Below are positions 57,356 through 64,000 of a stretch of DNA of 64,000 bases, piece by piece. The position numbers and the translations under genes were made by a program. The notes beneath the pieces were generated by a model. The model was not told the DNA's origin, made no database searches, and saw only the letters and a list, made by a program, of their open reading frames with translations. Position 1 is the stretch's first letter; every line of letters starts with the position of its first letter. The DNA is from Syntrophaceae bacterium UBA7520 (lineage in GTDB: Bacteria > Desulfobacterota > Syntrophia > Syntrophales > Smithellaceae): positions 19,885 to 83,884 of the forward strand of contig DLNC01000015.1 in the NCBI GenBank assembly GCA_002478265.1, given 5' to 3'.

Positions 57356-58291
57356 ATGTTAAAGAAAAAAGCTATCATCAGTTTGATGTTTCTGGCTATC
57401 TTTCCGCTCTCCGGCGCGTGTGTCTGGGCGTGGGACGATTTTTCTCGCGTCTTTATCGAAGACCGCCTCGTGGAAAAGGGGCTTGAAAGAACTTTGGTTC
57501 AGGGCATGCTCAACGATTCCCGGGTAGCGCTCCGTCCGGATATTGTAATTCAGAATCTGTTTTATTCCAGCCCGCGCGGCAGCGTGGAAAGACCTTCAGT
57601 GATGAATATCAGTCCGCGGCAGATCGCCAACGGCAGGGCTTTCATGAGAGATAACCAAGAATTTTTAACTTCACTGGAAAAACGTTTCGGAACGTCACCG
57701 CAGATTATTACGGCGATTTTGATTGTGGAATCAAGACTGGGCACTTATCCGATGCCGTACAATGTGGTTACGGCATACACAAATTTGGCTTTTCTGCTGG
57801 ATCCGGATTATTTTCGCCGCATTCAGGAATTATACGCGGAACAATATCCTCTTTTATATGACGAGTCTACGATTAACCGGGCGAGAAGAAGGGCGCAGTG
57901 GGCGCTGGGCGAGCTCTATCATCTGACGCAGATCGCCCAGAAACTGGAAATGGATCCGCTCAGCATCATGGGATCATTTGCCGGCGCCATGGGACCGGCG
58001 CAGTTTATTCCCTCGACATTTCGTAGCTACGGTGTTGATGGAGACGGGGATGGGATAGCCAGTCCTTTTAATATGAAAGACGCTAAGGCCAGCATGGCGC
58101 ATTATCTCAAAAGCTCCGGATGGTCAGAAAATGCGTCTGACGAAAAAAAACGTCGCGCGGTATTTAAATATAACCGCAGCGAAATTTACGTCAATACGAT
58201 TATGATGCTCTATGAGGAACTAAGCAAAGGCGAGTCAGTTTTTCAGGATTTTCTTCCGCCCGCGCCGCAGGAATTGTCATCTTTAAATTAA
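57356..58291 (+). CDS. lytic murein transglycosylase (MltB/SLT_2-like)
   Basis: Signal peptide, IVESRLG, GAMGPAQFIPSTFRSYGVDGDGDG motifs. Confidence 0.8.
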   Translation: MLKKKAIISLMFLAIFPLSGACVWAWDDFSRVFIEDRLVEKGLERTLVQGMLNDSRVALRPDIVIQNLFYSSPRGSVERPSVMNISPRQIANGRAFMRDNQEFLTSLEKRFGTSPQIITAILIVESRLGTYPMPYNVVTAYTNLAFLLDPDYFRRIQELYAEQYPLLYDESTINRARRRAQWALGELYHLTQIAQKLEMDPLSIMGSFAGAMGPAQFIPSTFRSYGVDGDGDGIASPFNMKDAKASMAHYLKSSGWSENASDEKKRRAVFKYNRSEIYVNTIMMLYEELSKGESVFQDFLPPAPQELSSLN

Positions 58292-60763
58292 AACAGTTTT
58301 GGTTTTTACAACTCGTGTTTGCCGCGTTTCTTCATCGCTCAATCCCAGAGCGTGTATAATTATGTCGGAAGGCCTTGCTGTTCCTGTTTGGGAAAAAATA
58401 ATACGGCTTTCAATTATTTTTTCCGTTTCATCTAAGGCAATGCTTTCGACGAAAGGCCGGATATCTTTGGCCGCGGATTTTCCCCTGGTCTGTTTGGGGA
58501 TAATGAACGAAACTGAATTCATAAATTGATCTATTTTGGTTTTGACGTTGTTTAGCCTGTTGTCGTCAATATGCTTCGGTAAATGGATTTCGTAAATAAA
58601 GCCGTAAAGTGATTGCGCCAGCGATTTAGCCCCCGGCGCAAGAGTATTGATGACGGTTATTTCTATTCCTGCCGGCAAGGCGAGGTTGATGATTTTAACC
58701 AGGGAAGTCAAATCATCAGTATAATTTCCGGCGGTGATATCAACGAATTCCTCACGGCTTTCCATGCCTACCGCGGTGGCTGTGGCGAAAGAAATTTTCG
58801 GATGGGGATGAAATCCCGTTGAGTATGACAACGGCAGGCCACTGCGGCGTAAAGCGCGCACAAAAGCGGCCGAAATTTCCAGGTGTGATAAAAATCGGGA
58901 AAGACCGAACTTGCGAAAGGAAATACGGTAAATTTTCTCGTGGCGCAAAGGTTTGTCCGCGTCCTTAATATCCTTGGCTGATTTTAACTCTGGGTCAGGC
59001 GCGGCGGAGAAAATATTTTTTGTGATGGTGAAATCGCAGGCGCCGCAAAGCTGGCAGGTGTCCAGACGGCAATCCGGCGTAATCAAGGTATCATGCGCCT
59101 TTTGTCTTTCTGCCAGGAGAAATTCACGGCTGATGCCGCAATCAATATTGTCCCAGGGCAGCGGCGTGTCTGTATCTCGTGCCGCTAAACATTCGCTTGC
59201 GTCATTACCCGTTTCTTGCAGTGCCTGCTGCCATAGGTCGAAACGAAAAATTTCACTCCAGCCGTCAAAGCGGCAACCCAGAGAGAACGCTTTTTTCAGT
59301 GTCGCGCCGAGCTTTTCATCGCCCCGCGAAAGGATGCCTTCCAGAAAGCTCATCCGCGCATCATGCCATTTTACGTTGAAACGGCGGCTTTTCAGATGTT
59401 CGCGGATAAAATTCTGCTTGGCGAACGTTTCCTCCGGAGAAATCTGTTTTTCCCACTGAAAAGGAGTATGTGGTTTCGGAACGAAAGTGGAAAGGCTGAT
59501 GGTTATCTCGCCGCGGTTCCTGGCGGCGCGCATGGCCGCGTGACATAAATCAACAATGCCTTCAAGATCATCTTGTGTTTCCCCGGGGAGTCCAATCATG
59601 AAATAAAGCTTTATTGATTTCCAGCCGGCGCTGAATATTTTGTCAACCGCGGCAAGCAGGTCATTGGCGTTATTGCCCTTGTTGATAATCCGGCGCATTT
59701 TATCCGTTCCGGCTTCCGGCGCCAGTGTGAAGCTGGTCTTGCGGATGCGTTTAATTTCGTCAATCATCGTTTCGGTAAGAGATTCGACGCGCAGGGAAGG
59801 CAGGGCCAAAGCTACGCGCTCGGTGCAATGTCTACGCATCAATTGCCGGATAAGAGATTCCAGAACTGTGTAGTCCCCCGAACTTAAGGAAAGCAACGAG
59901 ATTTCGTCATATCCTGTCGCCCAAAGCGTTCTTTCGGCCATTTCCAGCAGCAAAGATAAATCTCTTTCGCGATAAGGCCGCCAGATCATGCCCGCCTGAC
60001 AGAAACGGCAACCGCGGGTGCAGCCGCGGGCGATTTCCAGCACGATGCGATCGTGAATCGTCTGCATCAGCGGCACCACCGGTTTTTCCGGATGCTTCCA
60101 TTGATTGAGATCAGCGACGGTTCTCTTTTTGATGATCTGATTATTTTTATGAATGGCGGGAACATAGATGCCGGGGATGTCCGCCAATCTTGTCAGCAGA
60201 GAAAGACGCGAAGCGCTGGCTTGCTTTTCTCTGAGCAAGGCCGTGGCGATTTCCGAGACAATTTCCTCCCCTTCGCCGATCACAAACGCATCGATAAAAT
60301 CGACAAGAGGCGCCGGGTTAAAGCAGCAAGGCCCACCGGCGATGATCAGGGGGTGTGAATCGCCGCGCTTGTCCCGAAGGTACGGTACCTGGCCTAGCTC
60401 AAGCATATTCAGGACATTGGTATAAGAAAGTTCGTACTGAAGAGAAAAACCGATGATATCAAAGCCGTACAAAGGAGTTTGTGTTTCCAGTGAGGTAAGG
60501 GGCAGATTCTTTTCGCGCAGTTGTTTTTCCCGGTCCGGCCAGGGGGCAAAACATCTTTCAGCTTGTACATCGGGCAGCTTATTTAAAATGGAATAAAGAA
60601 TCTGCAGTCCCAGGTGGGACATGCCCACTTCATAGGCGTCCGGAAAAGCCAGAAGAAAGTTCAGAGGTTGTTTTCCCCGGCGCGCCGCGTTTACTTCAAT
60701 GCCCAGATAGCGGCTCGGTTTTTCCGCTGCGGGCAGGAGATCATCAAATGGGCTGAAAGTCAT
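58283..60763 (-). CDS. radical SAM protein (TIGR03960-like) fused to a DUF2344/TIGR03936-like C-terminal domain
   Basis: KPSRYLGIEVN, FPDAYEVGMSHLGLQILY, CX3CX2C in RGCTRGCRFCQAG. The C-terminal ~230 aa (YRISFRKFGLSRFLSHLE...) matches the radical-SAM-linked domain as I recall it. Confidence 0.85.
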   Translation of the reverse strand: MTFSPFDDLLPAAEKPSRYLGIEVNAARRGKQPLNFLLAFPDAYEVGMSHLGLQILYSILNKLPDVQAERCFAPWPDREKQLREKNLPLTSLETQTPLYGFDIIGFSLQYELSYTNVLNMLELGQVPYLRDKRGDSHPLIIAGGPCCFNPAPLVDFIDAFVIGEGEEIVSEIATALLREKQASASRLSLLTRLADIPGIYVPAIHKNNQIIKKRTVADLNQWKHPEKPVVPLMQTIHDRIVLEIARGCTRGCRFCQAGMIWRPYRERDLSLLLEMAERTLWATGYDEISLLSLSSGDYTVLESLIRQLMRRHCTERVALALPSLRVESLTETMIDEIKRIRKTSFTLAPEAGTDKMRRIINKGNNANDLLAAVDKIFSAGWKSIKLYFMIGLPGETQDDLEGIVDLCHAAMRAARNRGEITISLSTFVPKPHTPFQWEKQISPEETFAKQNFIREHLKSRRFNVKWHDARMSFLEGILSRGDEKLGATLKKAFSLGCRFDGWSEIFRFDLWQQALQETGNDASECLAARDTDTPLPWDNIDCGISREFLLAERQKAHDTLITPDCRLDTCQLCGACDFTITKNIFSAAPDPELKSAKDIKDADKPLRHEKIYRISFRKFGLSRFLSHLEISAAFVRALRRSGLPLSYSTGFHPHPKISFATATAVGMESREEFVDITAGNYTDDLTSLVKIINLALPAGIEITVINTLAPGAKSLAQSLYGFIYEIHLPKHIDDNRLNNVKTKIDQFMNSVSFIIPKQTRGKSAAKDIRPFVESIALDETEKIIESRIIFSQTGTARPSDIIIHALGLSDEETRQTRVVKTKTVLI

Positions 60764-61152
60764 ATTTCCTGTTCGGGGATTTTTCTGTATTTATAGGGAT
60801 TGCTTTTAATATCGCGCAGCTTGGAGAGAGCCAGATGCTTTGGGAAATTCGGGGAGGATATGTAATTAAGCGAATTGCCGCGAAAAGTGTCGATCAATTC
60901 GTCACGAACTTCGTTTTGCCTCTCCACGGGGATGAAAGAGCGCTCCTTGCGGTATTCAAAACTTATCTTATCACCGAAAATAATTTTTACCTGAGTGTAA
61001 TCGTCCTCATTCTCAAAGTACGATCTCTCCAATGAGATTTCTGTCTTTGCCAATATTTCCACTCGGGATGTATCAGCGGCGATCTGACGTGACAGGTCGT
61101 AGATACTCAAAACTAGACCGTTGGCGAGATTTATCTGTTGTATTAATTTCAT
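60760..61152 (-). CDS. hypothetical protein, translationally coupled to the radical SAM fusion
   Basis: 130 aa; ATGA overlap with the downstream gene start; no motif recognised. Confidence 0.5.
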   Translation of the reverse strand: MKLIQQINLANGLVLSIYDLSRQIAADTSRVEILAKTEISLERSYFENEDDYTQVKIIFGDKISFEYRKERSFIPVERQNEVRDELIDTFRGNSLNYISSPNFPKHLALSKLRDIKSNPYKYRKIPEQEI

Positions 61153-61209
61153 TTGCGCTCTTAAATAATAAATCAGTTTTAAAGGGGTTTTTTCATAGCA
61201 TTTTTATTC

Positions 61210-61238
61210 TTGACCTGCAACGCCAATCCTTTTATATT
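61210..61238 (+). promoter_or_regulatory. sigma-70-type promoter upstream of purU
   Basis: TTGACC (61210-61215), N17 spacer, TATATT (61233-61238). Confidence 0.45.
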
Positions 61239-61276
61239 GCCCGCGAATTTAAAGCCGGGGAAATCGAAACAGTTAA

Positions 61277-62134
61277 ATGAAAGATGTAAACGCGATATTG
61301 CTTATATCCTGCCCCGATAGCAAGGGGATCGTCGCTCAGATTTCAAACTTTATTTATCGGCATGACGGAAATATAGTGCATGCCGCTCAGCATACATCCA
61401 AAGATGATAAGTCTTTTTTCATGCGTGTCGAATGGGAGTTAAACGGCTTTGCCCTTAAGCGCGAGGAAATTCCCGCCGCGTTCGCGCCTTTGGCTGACAA
61501 GCTGAATATGAAGTGGGATTTATATTTCAGTGATTTTGTGCCGCGCATCGCTGTTTTTGTATCGCGTCATCTACATTGTCTCCATGATTTGATATTGCGC
61601 CGGAGCATGGGTGAGTTCAATGCAAGGATAGAAGCAGTTATCAGCAACCATACCGACGCGCGCGAATTGGCGCAACAATTCGGCATAAAATTTTATCACT
61701 TTCCCATTGATAAAGATAATAAGGATAGGCAGGAAGAAAAAGAATTAAAACTACTGCAGGATCTTAACGTCGACCTGGTGGTGCTGGCGCGTTACATGCA
61801 AATTCTGACAAACAAATTTCTCGCCTGTTATCCCTATAAAGTTATCAATATCCATCACTCGTTTCTGCCGGCTTTTGCCGGAGGCAATCCTTATCAGCAG
61901 GCCTATGACCGAGGCGTCAAAATAATTGGCGCCACGGGCCATTACGCCACGGAAAAATTGGATGAAGGCCCGATCATCGCGCAGGATGTCATCAAAATAA
62001 GCCACCGCGATGAAGTGGCGGACATTCAAATGAAGGGTAAAGACCTGGAAAGAATCGTGCTGGCGCGCGCTTTGCGTTTGCACCTGGAGAATAAGGTTCT
62101 TGTCTGTGGCGCCAAAACAATCGTCTTTGAATAG
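61277..62134 (+). CDS. purU: formyltetrahydrofolate deformylase
   Basis: N-terminal ACT domain (ILLISCPDSKGIVAQISNFI). Formyltransferase core HHSFLPAFAGGNPYQQA, GATGHYATEKLDEGPIIAQDV. Confidence 0.92.
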   Translation: MKDVNAILLISCPDSKGIVAQISNFIYRHDGNIVHAAQHTSKDDKSFFMRVEWELNGFALKREEIPAAFAPLADKLNMKWDLYFSDFVPRIAVFVSRHLHCLHDLILRRSMGEFNARIEAVISNHTDARELAQQFGIKFYHFPIDKDNKDRQEEKELKLLQDLNVDLVVLARYMQILTNKFLACYPYKVINIHHSFLPAFAGGNPYQQAYDRGVKIIGATGHYATEKLDEGPIIAQDVIKISHRDEVADIQMKGKDLERIVLARALRLHLENKVLVCGAKTIVFE

Positions 62135-62187
62135 CAATACTTTCATCCGGCAGAAAATCAGGAAAAAATGATTAACAAGGTGTCAAC

Positions 62188-63015
62188 ATGGCGAACGATT
62201 CCGGTATTTCCGGGTTAAGAGTATTATGCCAACCAGACGCAGACAAATCATGCGGCGCGTGCTGCGGCCTGTATAATTACGCGGATAGCTCGCGAGAAGC
62301 GCTGGTTTCTCGGCTCCGCGCGCGGAGCCGACTCTTTCGGGAAATGGTTTTCTCGAAAGAAGATTTGCAAGATTATAAGCGGATGATAATCGGGGCGGAA
62401 GATTTCCGGAAAAGATATGAAGAAATATATTGCTGCGAGTATTTGGGTTTTCTTGACAAAGAGGAGAAAAAAGTAGGCTGCCTTTTACACCCGCAGCAAA
62501 ATTGCGGCAATGACCTGCGCGATATTTCTTTTTACGGACGTGAGTTGTGCGCCGGACATCTGTGCCCCAGCCATTACTTTATTCCCAACGCGCAGGTCGA
62601 AATACTAGTAAAGATAATCGATGATTGGTATCTTTACGGTCTTTGCATTACGGATATCGACCTGGTAAAGACGTATTTTCGCCTGTTGGCGGATAAGATC
62701 GGCGCCGAGGTAAAACCGGAGGCTTTTCAAAATACTGATTTAAAGAAAATCGCCCGCCGCTATTTTGATTGGAAAGTAGATTGGCCTTTCCGCTCGCCCG
62801 ATACAAACAGATTGGGAAAATATTACTTTGACGGTTCGCAATATATGATAAGTCATATCGATTACGAAAGTCTTGGCCGCCCCATCTCGCCGTTTAACAG
62901 TATATTTCTAAGCCTTTCTACCGTTTTTCGTTCGTCGCGGGAAATTGCCTTGGCCGAAGAGCTTCTTTCCTCAAATCTGGAAGATTTTATAAGTATTTAT
63001 AATAAATTACCGTGA
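62188..63015 (+). CDS. Cys-rich hypothetical protein (possible YkgJ/CxxCxxCC-like metal-chelating domain)
   Basis: Cys clusters SCGACCG, YCCEYLGF, VGCLLHP..NCG, ELCAGHLCPSH. The family assignment is tentative. Confidence 0.45.
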   Translation: MANDSGISGLRVLCQPDADKSCGACCGLYNYADSSREALVSRLRARSRLFREMVFSKEDLQDYKRMIIGAEDFRKRYEEIYCCEYLGFLDKEEKKVGCLLHPQQNCGNDLRDISFYGRELCAGHLCPSHYFIPNAQVEILVKIIDDWYLYGLCITDIDLVKTYFRLLADKIGAEVKPEAFQNTDLKKIARRYFDWKVDWPFRSPDTNRLGKYYFDGSQYMISHIDYESLGRPISPFNSIFLSLSTVFRSSREIALAEELLSSNLEDFISIYNKLP

Positions 63016-63072
63016 TTTCTATTGACAGATAACGCTCAGATTGGTTAATCTCGCATAGGGCGCAAGGTGTTT

Positions 63073-63603
63073 ATGACAAGCGATGATCAAAAGGAAATAC
63101 TTTATAAAAACGAGGATATAGAAAAGCGCGTACGTGAGCTGGCGCGTCAGATATCGAAGGATTACGCAGGCCGTGAATTAATCGTCATCGGAATTCTCAA
63201 GGGGGCGTTTATCTTTATGGCCGATTTGATAAGGGTGCTGAGCATTCCTTGCACAATTGATTTTGTGCGTTGCGCCAGTTACGGCACAGGTTCGGAAAGT
63301 TCGGAGAAGGTTGTGCTGACCAAAGATATTGAAACTGCCATCAAAGACCGTGATGTGCTGATTGTGGAAGATATCGTGGATACAGGTTTGACGCTTAAAT
63401 ATCTCGTGGAATGGCTCAAGGAAAGAAGCCCGCGTTCCCTGAGGGTGTGCGCTCTTTTGGATAAGCGTAAAAGAAGGAAAGTGCCTTTTGAAGCCGACTA
63501 CGTGGGGTTCACGATGGATGATGGTTTCTTGGTTGGTTACGGTCTTGACTTTGGCGAGCGTTACAGATTTTTACCCGACATTTACGTCATCAAACAGCAA
63601 TAA
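63073..63603 (+). CDS. hpt: hypoxanthine phosphoribosyltransferase
   Basis: PRPP-binding VLIVEDIVDTGLTL, GILKGAFIFMADL, DFVVGYGLD-like FLVGYGLDF. ATG 63073 preferred over GTG 63067. Confidence 0.9.
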   Translation: MTSDDQKEILYKNEDIEKRVRELARQISKDYAGRELIVIGILKGAFIFMADLIRVLSIPCTIDFVRCASYGTGSESSEKVVLTKDIETAIKDRDVLIVEDIVDTGLTLKYLVEWLKERSPRSLRVCALLDKRKRRKVPFEADYVGFTMDDGFLVGYGLDFGERYRFLPDIYVIKQQ

Positions 63604-63617
63604 TAGAGAGGGGAAAA

Positions 63618-64000
63618 ATGGTTATACAATGCAGGCAATGCCGGACGAAATTTTATTTTGATGATACGCTCATGCTGGAAGACGGGTTATGGATGCGCTG
63701 CAGCCGTTGCGGGCATGTTTTCTTTCAAAATAATCCGTTGACTTCTTTTCGCTATGAAAAAACTCCGACGGAAGCCAGGTCATCTTCTACGGATGACGAA
63801 AAAATCGCTGAACAGAAAACCGAGTTGACTCTGGAAACTTCCCCGCCCACGGGTCCTGATGAGGATGTCATACGTTTTCTGGATAATGTTTTGGAAGCAA
63901 AAAAGGAATCAGCCCAGCGGGCAACGCCGGAGCCGGAGAGTTTTTCCCGCGGTAATTTACGCAGAGAAAGATTTGAAGGCGAGATGGAAGGTGAAGGAGC
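63618..64000 (+). CDS. MJ0042-type zinc-ribbon protein (5' part; runs off the window)
   Basis: My own translation: MVIQCRQCRTKFYFDD...WMRCSRCGHVFFQ (CxxC...CxxC). The frame stays open to the window end. GAGG SD. Not in the ORF track because it is truncated. Confidence 0.6.
   Translation, partial: MVIQCRQCRTKFYFDDTLMLEDGLWMRCSRCGHVFFQNNPLTSFRYEKTPTEARSSSTDDEKIAEQKTELTLETSPPTGPDEDVIRFLDNVLEAKKESAQRATPEPESFSRGNLRRERFEGEMEGEG

Noticed and set aside
1-64000. Search for tRNA, rRNA, CRISPR arrays, transposases, integrases and phage genes
   Set aside because: I recognised no cloverleaf-like sequences, regularly spaced repeats or recombinase motifs in either the ORF track or the intergenic regions. 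The TA cassette has no associated mobility gene.

Overview
Densely coding bacterial chromosomal window. I saw no rRNA, tRNA, CRISPR array, transposase or integrase. The content suggests an anaerobe (radical SAM enzymes, hemerythrin, flavodoxin) but cannot be assigned to a taxon by eye.

Gene content by region:
- 1-13.3 kb: distal part of a dcw cell-wall/division cluster (murE-murF-mraY-murD-ftsW-murG-murC-murB-ftsQ-ftsA-ftsZ). It has no ddl and is followed directly by a radical SAM gene.
- 15-23 kb, the most unusual stretch: a THUMP methyltransferase, two tiny membrane proteins, and a secreted VIT-vWA protein with a TonB-C/AgmX-PglI-like tail that sits behind an RpoE-type promoter motif. Then comes a PIN/RHH toxin-antitoxin cassette, then an ECF sigma / zf-HC2 anti-sigma pair. 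The TA cassette is bracketed by a degenerate duplicate of the sigma gene 5' end.
- 23-29 kb: SGNH hydrolase and the livFGMHK branched-chain amino acid ABC transporter.
- 29-48 kb:
  - Repair genes: xth, a Ski2/HelY-like helicase next to uvrB, uvrC, ogt.
  - Transport and lipid genes: an MFS transporter, plsC, mntP.
  - Small or stress-related genes: hemerythrin, a SWIB protein, cspA.
  - A cyclophilin-like / enolase-superfamily / FAD-oxidoreductase trio.
  - A secreted-protein cluster that includes a protein with a 240-bp tandem repeat.
- 49-64 kb: a DUF3300 protein, a LemA-M48-ferritin-like operon, rplU-rpmA-obg-proB, flavodoxin, an MltB-like transglycosylase, a TIGR03960+DUF2344-type radical SAM fusion, purU, a Cys-rich unknown, hpt, and a truncated zinc-ribbon gene.

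Best leads:
- The ECF sigma / VIT-vWA locus with its TA insertion scar.
- A three-member family of small two-TM proteins, one translationally coupled to uvrC.
- Two paralogous uncharacterised radical SAM enzymes in division and ribosome-gene contexts.

All calls come from reading the supplied translations and the DNA by eye. No database search was run.
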